Positions 24,001-37,797 of a stretch of DNA of 64,000 nucleotides are shown in pieces. The DNA comes from Eledone cirrhosa (Eukaryota). A program made the position numbers and the translations under genes. Position 1 is the first letter of the stretch, and each line of letters starts with the position of its first letter. The notes below the pieces were generated by a model. That model saw nothing but the letters and a program-made list of their open reading frames with translations. It had not been told where the DNA came from and ran no database searches. The DNA lies in the NCBI GenBank assembly GCA_964016885.1, contig OZ024743.1, positions 237,336,001 to 237,400,000 of the forward strand, in the 5' to 3' direction.

Positions 24001-27000
24001 TAGTGTTGAAAAATGGACGTTAAACAGTGATGATGATATTTCTATGTATATATGTGTGTGTGTGTGTGTGTTTCTATGTTTACGTTTGTGTCTGTGTTTA
24101 TGTCCCATAACTTAGTAGTTTAACAAAAATGAGATTGATAAAATGAATACCAGACTTGGAAAAGTCAGTATGGGGCTCAATATTATTGACCCTTTAGCAT
24201 TTACATTATTCTATATATACTATTGTATTTTTGTGGTAAAGGCTTTACCTCACATAACATTTACATTACTCTGTATATACTATTGTATTTTTGTGGTAAA
24301 GGCTTTACCTCACATAACATTTACATTACTCTGTATATATTATTGTATTTTTGTGGTAAAGACTTTACCTCACATAATATCTCACATAACATTTACATTA
24401 CTCTATATTTACTATTGTATTTTTGTGGTAAAGGCTTTACCTCACATAACATCGAATCTATGAGATTTTGATATTATTTATTTTGAGAACAATACCTTAA
24501 CATAAGTATGAGTGGCCAGTTTGAACAGAGAGAGGTGAGAGAATTCTGGCGGGATATGGGCAGTTTAAATGCTAAAGATTTAGTCAAGCCAGTGCTCCAG
24601 CCTGGTCACTGTCTAATGACTGAAATCAATGGTTTTAAAGAATGTCTTGAAAGTTGGCAAACCAGAACCAAAAGTGAAAAAGGAGTTTTATTTCTACACC
24701 AGAGGGAGACACTGTATACTTATGTGTGTAGTTCTAATCATATCACTACAGAGTTTTCTCTTTACCCATTTATTCTTGAGAGGGTCGTGCGTGGAGAGTC
24801 TGCAAACACTCCCTCCAGCAGGTCCTGTGAGAAGCAACTGTCTCCAACAGATTAGGCTGGATCCCCAAGCAGGATCAGCCAAGCTCATGGATGTTATCCA
24901 AACATCTTGCTTAAAATCTACCCCTGGGTCTCTTGCCGGTTGATTTTGCCCGTAAAATCTGTCTAGTGATTCTTTTCTGAGACATTCTAACCACATGTCT
25001 GTAGTATCAGAGCTGTGATCTCTCAATTCAGAGAAGTAGCAGCTCTACCTGCCTGGAGTGGCTCTCTGACAGAGTTTTGAAAATTTAAATAAGGATATGG
25101 TTCTTCTCTAGTTTGATTTTAAATCATGTTTGAATCTTTTAAGAAAGCTCCTTATTTCATATTACATGACGTGAACTGCACTGTTAAGAATCTCTTCTTT
25201 ATTTTTTTCTCTATACACAACCATATCTCATTGCTGAAAGTATATTTTTCCTTACTTTTGGCATCTCGTGTTGCACACATTTATTTCTAGTCATAATTTT
25301 TCACATTTTTATCTGGACGTTAAACGGTGATGATGACGATGATCTCCTTGCTGAAAGACAGCCATTAATTTTCCCATCTATTCTTTGTTTTGTTGTTGTC
25401 GCACATGCATCTCATCAACAAAGCAACCATCCAATCTGTTGTACAAACTGGCATCACAAGTGTTGTACCACTTTAATGTACAAAACTGCATTGCTAGCAA
25501 GGTGGCTGATGAGGTGAAAGATATAGCTGTTGTCAATCTTATATAACTCTACATTTTCTGCTGATACTATATTCATTTTCTATATGTTTCAGGGGAAATC
25601 TCTAAGTGTGATCTGTGGTGCCTTAAAATGGTTGCGAGATTATAAGGCAGAACAACTAAAACAGTTGGATATTTTGATGAATGAAGAAGCCACTGCAAAG
25701 AAGTGTGTATTATTTTTCCTTAAGTTGTTTCATATGTTGTCTTATAAGTGAAACATAGTCCAAACTCATCTAGGAAGGCAGTTATGACATTAAGTGAAAC
25801 ATAGTCCCAACTTATCTAGGAGAGCAGTTATGACATTAAGTGAAACATAGTCCTACAACAGTTGCTGGGTTGTATGAATATAACAAAAGACTCAGTTGTG
25901 TGTATATAGGTTTATTAACAAGTTGAAGTTATGTAAAATGGTTGACGACAAGTCAAGAGTAGATGAAAAAATGAAGTAAAGTTATTTGTTACCGTTTTGA
26001 AGTGAGCTTGCAAGAGACCATTTTAGGGTTGCCAGGTGAACGCGCCTGGCCAAAGGGCCAGGCAGATTAGAAGAGAGTGAGATCGCCCTGAGATATCCCT
26101 TTTATAGGGTCCCAGGACGGAAGTGACAAAAAGGGTTCTGCCACCCCAACGGGAATTAACTCCAACTACTTCCTGTCTAGAGAGTGGTGATGTGATTGTC
26201 ATAACAAGGGAGGCAACTCTTGCTACAGTCCTAACTCGTCTAGGAGGGTAGTTATGACATTAAGTGAAACATAGTCCTAACTCATCTAGGAGGGTAGTTA
26301 TGACATTAAGTGAAACATGGTCATAACTCATCTAGGAGGGCAGTTATGACATTAAGTGAAACATAGTCCTAACTCGTCCAGGAGGGCAGTTATGACATTA
26401 AGTGAAACATAGTCCTAACTCATCTAGGAGGGCAGTTATGACATTAAGTGAAACATAGTCCTAACTCGTCTAGGAGGGCAGTTATGATATTAGTGAAACA
26501 TAGTCCTAACTCATCTAGGAGGGCAGTTATGACAGTAGTGAAACATAGTCCTAACTCATCTAGGAGGGCAGTTATGACAGTAGTGAAACATAGTCCTAAC
26601 TCATCTAGGAGGGCAGTTATGACAGTAGTGAAACATAGTCCTAACTCATCTAGGAGGGCAGTTATGACATTAAGTGAAACATAGTCCTAACTCGTCTAGG
26701 AGGGCAGTTATGATATTAGTGAAACATAGTCCTAACTCATCTAGGAGGGCAGTTATGACATTAAGTGAAACATAGTCCTAACTCATCTAGGAGGGCAGTT
26801 ATGACATTAAGTGAAACATAGTCCTAACTCGTCTAGCAGGGCAGTTATGATATTAGTGAAACATAGTCCTAACTCATCTAGGAGGGCAGTTATGATATTA
26901 GTGAAACATGGTCATAACTCATCTAGGAGGGCAGTTATGACATTAAGTGAAACATAGTCCTAACTCATCTAGGAGGGCAGTTATGACATTAAGTGAAACA

Positions 27001-30000
27001 TAGTCCTAACTCATCTAGGAGGGCAGTTATGACATTAGTGAAACATAGTCCCAACTCATCTAGGAGGGCAGTTATGACATTAAGTGAAACATAGTCCTAA
27101 CTCATCTAGGAGGGCAGTTATGACATTAAGTGAAACATAGTCCTAACTCGTCTAGGAGGGCAGTTATGACATTAAGTGAAACATAGTCCTAACTCGTCTA
27201 GGAGGGCAGTTATGGTACAGTTTTTTTTAAAGAAATAAGTTTAGAATTTAATCACAAAACCATTTGTGGCTTTGTTATACTGCTTTTATATGATGTGGAG
27301 GTGCATGGCTTAGTGGGCTTGAAATCAGGAGATTGTGAGTTCAAATCCTGGACTGAGTAATGTGTTGTGTTCTTGAGCAAGATACTTTATTTCACGTTAC
27401 TCCAGTTTACTCAGCTTTAGAAATGTGTTGCGATGTCACTGGTGTCAAGCTGTATCGGCCATAGCCTTTCCTTGGACATCATCGGTGGCATGGAGAGGGG
27501 GAGGTATGAAAGGGTGACTGCTGGTCTTCCACAAACACCTTACCCAGGTTTGTGCCGTGGAGGGAAACTTTCTAGGTGGAAAACCACGGCCATTTGTGAC
27601 CGAAGGGGACCTACAGTTTGAAGACAATGATATATAATGAAAGATATTCAAAGTGTGACAATTTTTTTCTTCTTTTTTGTATATTCAAAACTCATTGTCC
27701 AATTTGTTCTATTTTTAAGTCAGTAAGGCATGTGTGGATAGAAATTTAACTGCTATTTCTAGCAGGAAGAGTAACTGCACAGAAGCTCTCATTGTTTCAT
27801 TTGTAATTTGGGTTGGGTTATCATCACCTGACACCTAAACTACAGGAGTTGGATGAGTTGCGGTCTAATTCAGTTGTTATTCACAATTATGGTCCTAGAT
27901 AGGTGGGGGTACAATATCTTACTCATGCATTTCATCTTTGACATGATTCGTACTGCTAGATGCTCTTCCTAACACTAACAATTTTACAGAGTGTACTTGC
28001 TCGTACAGAACTGGTTTGGACTTGGTTTCGATGACTCACTGCCCTTCCTAATGCCAACTACTTTACAGTGTGTACTGGGTGCTTTTTGTCGTGACACCTA
28101 CATGACCACTTTACAGTGTGTACTGGGTATTTATTGTCATGATACTTGCATGACCACTTTACAGTGTGGACTGGGTATTTATTGTCATGATACCTACATG
28201 ACCACTTTACAGTGTGGACTGGGTATTTATTGTTGTGACACCTACATGACCACTTTACAGTGTGTACTGGGTATTTATTGTTGTGACACCTACATGACCA
28301 CTTTACAGTGTGTACTGGGTATTTATTGTCATAATACCTACATGACCACTTTACAGTGTGGACAGCTGATTATTAAGTATGTAAAGTAGATGTTAAATGT
28401 TGATATATATTTTCATTATTTACATTTTAATTATTCTGTGTATTTCTGTCTTTAATTATTTTTACAGGTTAAATGAAACTGGATCAGAACATGCTAAAGG
28501 TTTGTAGAACGTGGTGGCTAACTGAAACTCTTTTAAAGATTATAGTAAAATATAAATATATTTACTGGGTTTTTTAACTATGTTCTTTTATTTTTATCAT
28601 CATCATCATCACCGTTTAACGTCCATTTTTCCATGTTAGCATGGGTTAAATGAGTTGTCCTGTTGTGAGACAAGCCAGGTCAGATAACCATGTCTTGCTT
28701 ATACTGAACTGTTTTTGGTTTGGTTTCTACGTCTGGATGCCCTTCCTAATACCAATCATATTTACAGTGTGGGCCAAGTGCTTTTTGTAGTGACACCTAC
28801 ATGACCACTTTACTGTGTGGACTGGGTTCTTTTTGTTGTGGAACCTACATGACCACTTTACAGTGTGGACTGGGCTCTCCTTGTCGTGGCACCAAAAACG
28901 ACCACATTACAGTGGTGAAGGTGCTTGGGTATTGAGGTAAATCTAGGGGCACCCCAATTTTGACAACCAAAAATTTGAAAAACAATATTAAACAAAAATA
29001 AGGTCCTGCCACTTCAGGTCTTGTTCCCTAATTTTTTATATTTTGTTTATTTAATACTTTAACTAAGTTTAATTTATACACTTTATTGAGATGTCATATA
29101 CAGGAGTTCAGATTACTGTCTAGCAGAGATAATTTTCCTCTGGGGTTAGGATATGTCTATGAGAAACACAACCTTTGGCCTCCAAGATGCATGGTAGATT
29201 TTCAAGACTTATTTTATGGGAAAAATAGCATCTTCAATGCCGGGAAATATGATAAGTAATAAGAAATGTTCATATATATTTTCAGAACTTGATTGGATCA
29301 CAGAATTCTCTGAGAAAACAAAGAAAGAAGAAGAACTCAATAAAATTCTGGTATAATTCTTAAAGATGATTATAATTTTGACACTTATCATCAATGTTAT
29401 AAATGTTGTCCTGTGTTTGAGTTTTAATCATTCATTTTTTAGTTACATTGAGGTGCGTGGCCTTGTGATAAGGGTGTTGGACTTAGGATCATAATGTTGA
29501 TTCCTGGGATGGGTTGTGTTGTGTTCTTCATTTCGTGTTGCTCCAGTATACTCAGCTGAAAATGAGTACCAGTAATAGCTGGGGGTTTAACCCTGTGATG
29601 GACTGGTGTCCTGTCCATGAGGGAGTCTTGTACTCTCACTCACTTCATGCCAGGAAACCAGGGTAAGCTCTGACCTAATGAGCTCCCTGGCTTGAGACTG
29701 ACTTCAGACGTAAACTAGTTACATAGAGGGTTAGTGCCCAAACCTTCATAGGATCTCTGAGATTAGTTACATAGAGGGTTAGTGCCCAAACCTTCATAGG
29801 ATCTCTGAGATTAGTTACATAGAGGGTTAGTGCCCAAACCTTCATAGGATCTCTGAGATTAGTTACATAGAGGGTTAGTGCCCAAACCTTCATAGGATCT
29901 CTGAGATTAGTTACATAGAGGGTTAGTGCCCAAACCTTCATAGGATCTCTGAGATTAGTTACATAGAGGGTTAGTGCCCAAACCTTCATAGGATCTCTGA

Positions 30001-33000
30001 GATTAGTTACATAGAGGGTTAGTGCCCAAACCTTCATAGGATCTCTGAGATTAGTTACATAGAGGGTTAGTGCCCAAACCTTCATAGGATCTCTGAGATT
30101 AGTTACATAGAGGGTTAGTGCCCAAACCTTCATAAGATCTCTGAGATCCATGCGGTTTATATTTGGCTTCAACATGTGGGGGCCATGGTAGGACTAACAG
30201 GAGGATGAGAGTTGCCTGTCTGGATGGTAGCGGTTGTATCCAACTGGCTATTTCAGAGGAACAAAGTCTGTTAATCTAGCAATAGAAAAGACTATGGATA
30301 AGACATTTGACTATTTGACCTTTGTAGGTCATAGTTCATTTCATCAGAGGAACCCACATCATCAACCACCACTATCATTACACTTCTTTTTCTTTTACTC
30401 TGGGAAGAAGGGGTCTTAACCCTTTAGCATTTACATCACTCTATATTTACTATTGTATTTTTGTAGTAAAGGCTTTATCTCATATAATTATCTCACATAA
30501 TATCAAATCTATGAGATTTTGATATTATTTATTTTGGGAACACTACATTAATGTCAGTATGAGTAGCTAGTTATGGTTGGTTTAAACAGTAAGAGGTGAG
30601 AGAATTCTGGCAAGATACAAGATACAAAATAACCTAGGTGTAGAGTCTGTCACCCTCTCGCCTTCCCCCTTTCTTCCTTTGTCTAGTAGTCCTTGCTCTT
30701 CCCCTCCTTTTTCCTCTCATTTATGGCATTTATAGTCCTTTCCAATGCTGCTTTATTTTTCTGTGTGTTTGACTAATTTATAATTAAGATAAATAACTTT
30801 GTTTATTAATGTTAACGTGTAAACTGATGTTTTATTTTGTCTTACATTACTCCCATTTTCGGTCCCTTATTTTAAACTGTGCTGGCTTTCCTTAAATAAT
30901 TCTAACCATATATATTTATATTTAATGCTTTTAGGAAAAGAAAGCCCTGCTGAATGACAATAAAAGGATTAAAGAGAAACATAAGTCTACAAAAAGAAAG
31001 GTATGTCAATTATTTTATATTTAATGTCACCAGTCCACACTGTGAAGTGATCGTGTTGGTAACATGGCAAAAAGTTCCCAGTCCACACTGTAAAGTGGTC
31101 GTGTTGGTGACATGGCAAAAAGTTCCCAGTCCACACTGTAAAGTGGTCGTGTTGGTGACATGGCAAAAAGTTCCCAGTCCACACTGTAAAGTGGTCGTGT
31201 TGGTGACATGGCAAAAAGTTCCCAGTCCACACTGTAAAGTGGTCGTGTTGGTGACATGGCAAAAAGTTCCCAGTCCACACTGTAAAGTGGTCGTGTTGGT
31301 GACATGGCAAAAAGTTCCCAGTCCACACTGTAAAGTGGTCGTGTTGGTGACATGGCAAAAAGTTCCCAGTCCACACTGTAAAGTGGTCGTGTTGGTGACA
31401 TGGCAAAAAGTTCCCAGTCCACACTGTAAAGTGGTCGTGTTGGTGACATGGCAAAAAGTTCCCAGTCCACACTGTAAAGTGGTGGTGGTGTTGTGTGTGT
31501 ATATATATATATATATATATGTTATTCATGTGACTTGTTCCTCCTCAGAGTGGTGCCACCCAGCCCCAGGCTCACACAATGTGGCTTCGTATCGAGAAGG
31601 GTTCGCTGTGTGGAGGGTGCCTGGTCCAAAATTGGGGTGCCACTAGCCCCTGCTTCACACAATGTAATTTCGTATTGAGAAGGGTTCATTGCATGGAGAG
31701 TGTCCTGCTCTGAAACTGGGGTGCCACTGTGAGAGGGGTTCGACACGGCCAACTGACCAGACCCTCCTCATAACGGAGCCATCCAGTTCCACACTGTAAA
31801 TGTGGTTGGTGTTAGGAAGAGTATCCAGTTGTAAAATACCCAGCCAAATTTACAGTCCTTGCCGGAGCAAGGTGTGACACGTGTCCAACCCTGGCCAGAC
31901 TTGCCTCCCAGTGTGGACGACCCGTCTAACCTATGCAAGTGTAGAAAAATTAACATTAAACGATGATGATGATGATATATACACACACACACACAGAGCA
32001 AGCTTTTGGGAGAGGAGTTTATTTATTTCGAATAACCCAGTGTATGTTTTCACCTCCGTTGACCAGTGCCATGAACTAGAAAGTGAGTTTGACCAGTTGA
32101 TAAAGTCCTCTTCTGAAGATATAAAAGATGCATTTGAAGCTGAGTTGAGAGAAATTCACAAAGTGGAGAATTCGGAAGAAAATTCTGAAGATACTGAACT
32201 AGTTGTTGAGGAATATATTAGTGATACGGAAGCTGAAAAGAAGACTGATGCTGATGGGGAGGAGAATAATGATGATGAGAAACATATTTTAAAGGTAAAT
32301 CAGTTGATTTCTTAATTGTTTTTACCCCATCTCACCTGAAACTGTTCTTGGTTCTAGAGTCCAAAGACATTTATTTTATCTAAATTTAAACAATCTACCA
32401 AATTTATGTAAGAAAAGTTGTTTAACCCTACTCTATTTCAATTAATTAATGAAGAATTTTGAGGGATTTACTAAAACTATCAATGGTTTTATTATTAAGA
32501 TAGTAACTTAACCCTTTCATGACCACATTTCTAATGAAATACGCTCTATTTTAATTAGTTAATGAAGAATTTTGAAGAATTTACTAAAATTATCAATTAT
32601 TTTATTACTAATATAGTAACTTAATGTAAGGTTCTTATATGAAATTATGTTGGAATGTTTTAATTTAAATTGGAAACCTTTAAAATGGGTAGTTTTATTT
32701 CATGGAACCAGAGCTGGTTTTGGTAGGGTTGGTAACTAAAGGGATAAAGTTATCTTGTAAACACCAGCTTAATCACGAGAAAGTTAGTTATATTACTAAA
32801 TCCCCCCAAATTCTTGATTATTTTCAAAATTATTTAAAACTCATAAGCAGTGTCTTTCATTAAATTTATGGTAACAAAGGTGTTAGACTTTTGTATGTAT
32901 ATATAAAGGGTTAACCCTTTAGTGTTCAAACCGCCCGAAATTATTTCCCCTTCATTTGTTCAAACCGCCCGAAATCGCCCACACTAAAAAATCGTTCTAA

Positions 33001-36000
33001 AAATAAACAAACTATCATCAAAATCTCGTCAATTCGAGATTACTGTGAGATTAGCCCCTTACCGTGAAAATTAACACTTAATATAGTGAAACAACTTAAA
33101 ACAACAAGTGTTTTTTTAACTTTGAAAGTACAACAAATTTTTTTTTGTATCAATATGGCTTATGAAAGTAGCGATACCGACTTTGAAGGTTTTACACATG
33201 ACGACATTCAGAATAAACAAGAAACAAACGATAATATTAGTGATTTATCTTCAAATGAATCAGATGTTTACATTTCTGAAATTTCGTCCGACGATGATTG
33301 TTTTGAAAGTGAAAACGAAGGAGATCTTCAGGACGCCATTGAAAATATTACAGCAACGTGGTTGAAAAATACCACACTAATATATATTCCTGATTTTATT
33401 CAAAATACTGGTCCACAACACACATTAGCTCCCGATGCTAAGGCACTAGATTATTTCTTTTTGTTTTTACCACAAACTTTCTTCAAAGTTGTGGCAGAAG
33501 AGATTAATCGATATGCCCAACAACAGATTTCAAATCGAGGAAAACCCGATCCATTTGGTGACCGACAGATGCTGCGGAAATGCAAGCATTTTTTACCGTA
33601 AATATTATGTTTGGTATAAAACAATTTCAAAGACTGTAGAATTACGGGAACACTGGGCACTACAACGCTATTAGCTGTCAGTCAAAGCAGCCGATGAAAG
33701 CAGGCGAAGATGACGTCACTCATCAAACATCGTTTATTTCCGTTTTACTACCACGCGTAAGTGGAGTTTTCACGCGTTTTTTAGAGAGAGAGAGAGGGGG
33801 AAGACTTAAAAGGGCCAAATTAGAAAACAAATAGAAAAAACAAATAGAAAACAAGTCATGGTTATAAAGCATATCGATGTAAGTGGAGTTACTTAAATGA
33901 AAATATAGGTGGCCCTTAAAAGGGCCAAATTAGAAAACAAGTCATTCATAAATTTAAGTTTTATAATCAAATTTTTTTCACCAACAAATATGACAGCTAA
34001 TAGCGTTGTAGTGCCCAAATTTAAGTTAATTAGAAAGCAAGTCATGGTTATCAATGTAGAAAACAAGTCATAAATTTAAGTTTTATAATCAAATTTTTTT
34101 CATAGGTGGCCCTTAAAAGGGCCAAATTAGAAAACAAATTTAAGTTAATTAGAAAACAAGTCATGGTTATCAAATAAATTTGATTTATTCATTTATATTT
34201 TCATTATTCACCAACCTTATTCAAAAGCATGTTTAGAAACATTTTTTTCACCTACCTTATTCAAAAGCATGGATACAGATGACGGATATGTTCTAAGGGC
34301 CAAATTGAAAACAAGTCATAAATATAAGTTTATAAAAAAATATATGGTTATCAAATTTTTTTCACCATTTATGAAGAAATGTTTAGAAACATTTTTTTCA
34401 CCTACCTTATTCAAAAGCATGGATACAGATGTCGGATATATTCTAATAACTTTTGGAAAATTTCTCCTTTAAATTCATACCGCCACATGAATTCAATGAG
34501 ATGGGTTTGAAGCAAATTTCTGGCTGTCCCATTTTCCCTTTTATTCCTATTCTTTACGTGTTTCCACAAGCATTCTATGTGATTCGTTGTGGCAAATGTT
34601 ACTGGATCAACAAAATTGATCAAATGGTTCACCGTCAAATGTTGATAGCCTAGCTGATCGATTGTATTATAGGAGCGCCATAGATCAGATATTATAGTTG
34701 TCCCTGGCAATATACGATCCTGTATAATGGTTAAAAGAGTCTCCGCTGTCCTGTCTTCTACTGCTACTAAAATACATCTTCTGGTACCTCTTTCCAAAGC
34801 ACCAAAAACGCACTGTGTTTTCACAGAATGGCCACGATGGTATTTCCTTCTCACGAATGCGCTTTCGTCAATCTCAACAATTCGGTTTGGCCCGCCAAGC
34901 TTAATGTTTTGTGCCACATAGTACTCTGCACATACATCACGGCAAAAATTTTGCCAATCTGCTACGGCCACATTCGCGATTCGACATTCCTCTGAAATCT
35001 TCTTGGCCAAATCTTCTTTTGCCCAAAAATATAATATATCAACTATTTGTTCACACTTCAAATTGCTATTTTCTAAAAATGTGCCTTTTCTAATAGACAC
35101 CTGTTTTCTACATGGTCTTCTACATGACCAGATAATCCCATCTCACACATTTTGTTTCGCTACTTCTAACATACGTTGACCACATGAAGGGCAGACCTTT
35201 TGTGTATTCAGAAGTCCTTGATTTTTCAACCAATTGATGGTATCTGCTGTAGTAGCAGTAGCGATGGAAAGATCGCGATGGTTAATTCCCTTAACACTTG
35301 GATATATTATAGAACTCATATTTTTCAACTTGCAGATGCGTGTATTATCACAAAGTGAAGATTAAAGTTTATTTATTTACACATGGTGTTGGTGGTGTTG
35401 CGGTTTGTTGCGGAAAAAATGAAACGAAATTTCATTTCTCACCGAGCATTATAATAAATTATAATAAATGTTCGGTGAATCCATACGTACATATATATAT
35501 ATGTGTGCATGTATGTATATATATATACATACTACTGTACGTCTGTATACATATATGTATGCACGTATACATACTTATATTTAAGTAACAGCCGTACTAA
35601 GAGTGAGAAATGAAATTTCGTTTCATTTTTTCCGTTTATCGTTTTCGGTACCCCGGCCGATTAACTCACTCGATATGCAAATTAGGCTGCTCAGCCGTTA
35701 ATATGCATAAGGAAAGTATATACTTTCAGACGTTCAATCATCTGGCAGGAAGGTATACGTTGCTGACGATAGCTAATAAGCTTGAAATTAGTACAGCGTT
35801 CCTTTATCAGGGTTGAACAAATGAGCAACGATGGTTGCTAGACACTGTACGGCTTAATTCAGGATGTTTGTTTACAAACACACCGAGCATTATAATAAAT
35901 GTTCGGTGAATCCATACGTACATATATATATGTGTGCATGTATGTATATATATATATATACATACTACTGTACGTTTGTATACATATATGTATGAACGTA

Positions 36001-37761
36001 TACATACTGATATTTAAACATCTACTGCACATAGAAAATTAAGAAAATTACAAACAAATAAAATTGATAACCTTCTTGAGTATGATTAGCTCAAAATAAT
36101 TGTTTCTACTTTAGGCACAAGGCCAGCAATTATCCAGTACATTACTGGTACTTTATTTTATCGACCCGTAAGGATGAAAGGCAAAGTTAACCTCGGCGGG
36201 ATTTGAACTCAGAATAGCAAGGGCCGTAACTCTATGCATCAAAGCATGGCGTCCGACCCTCTACCGATACTGCCAATCCGCCCTTTAACTCAAAATAATG
36301 CGAACAGATAAGTAGGACGTTTGAAAATTAATGCTGTATGTATATATAGGGTTAAATTTCTGTATGTATATATAACCCATGCTAGTGTGGAAGATAGACG
36401 TTAAACGATGATGATGATGATGATGAAAAGAGTTAAACTTCTGTATTTATATATAAAGGGTTAAACTCATGTATCTATATTAAACTGCATATAACCAATA
36501 AGTGATTGATACATCATGTTTGATGTTGATTGGTCAGTTTCTCTTTATTGTCCCAAATAGTATTTACTAGCAGAATGGCCCGGCATTGCTCGGTATTTGC
36601 TCTAAGGTTCTTATATATTTGATATATATTTATTCTTATCGAGCCTCATGAAATAAATACGTTTGTTTATATTTTGCAATCGAAAGGTTGTGAGTTCAAT
36701 TCTTAGACCGGGCGATGTGTTGTTTCCTTGAGCAAGGCACTTTATTTAACATTGCTCCAGTTTACTCAGCTGTAGAAATGAGATGATAGGGACTGGGGTC
36801 CCTATCATTCCACTGCAAAGTGGTCGTGGAGGTGCCACGGCAAAAAAGCACCCAGCACTCACTGTAAATGAGGTTGGTGTTAGGAAGGGCATCCAGCTGT
36901 AGAAATCAAGCCAGAATCAGTTCCCGTACCACCCTTGCAAGCAGGGAAAAGTGGACGTAAAATGAAATGAAATGAATGAATTAAAATAACAGATTAAAAT
37001 TTAAGCAAAGAATCGCTGCTTTCACCCTTAACGGGATCTTCTGAAACTAAAAAACTCAATTTCTGAACGCAGAAGTAAATATTTTGAAAAAACGTTACAC
37101 ACTCTATATATACACACACACTATATATACATATATGCACACACACAATGTCATAATGTCGAAATGCAGACAACCAGACATACAGACATATTATAAGGGC
37201 GCGACTTTATATCTATGTATCTATCTAAAAGGAAAGACTAAGAATTATATTATTGCTCTTGAGGCAAGTCGATGTCACATGACCATGCCTTGCTCTTGAG
37301 GCAAGTCGATGTCACATGACCATGCCTTGCTCATACACAAGTGAAACATTATGGTGATAAGTTATTAATTTTTCCCTTTCCAGATCTATTACTGCAGTCG
37401 AACTCACTCCCAGTTATCTCAGTTTATTAAAGAAATAATAAAAAGTCCATATGAAGATGTCAGTGTGACAACTCTAGCTTCAAGACAAGTAAGATTAACG
37501 CAACTTCCTTCACACCAACACATACCATCACATCATCACCACCATCACCACCATCATCATCGCCACCACCACCATCATCATCACCACCACCACCACCACC
37601 ACCACCATCATCATCATGACCACCACCACCATCATCACCACCACCATCACATCATCACCATCACCACCATCATCATCACCACCACCATCACATCATCATC
37701 ATCACCACAACCACCACTATCACCATCATTATCATCACCATTATCAACTGCATCATCATTA

Positions 37762-37797
<36 letters not shown>

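Noticed and set aside
25746-31487. CRISPR-like regular repeats
   Set aside because: The units are head-to-tail with no unique spacers, there are no cas genes, and the context is eukaryotic introns.
35143-35145. Selenocysteine or programmed read-through at the Merlin TGA
   Set aside because: The position is not a conserved Cys, no SECIS is evident, and a CpG transition is simpler.
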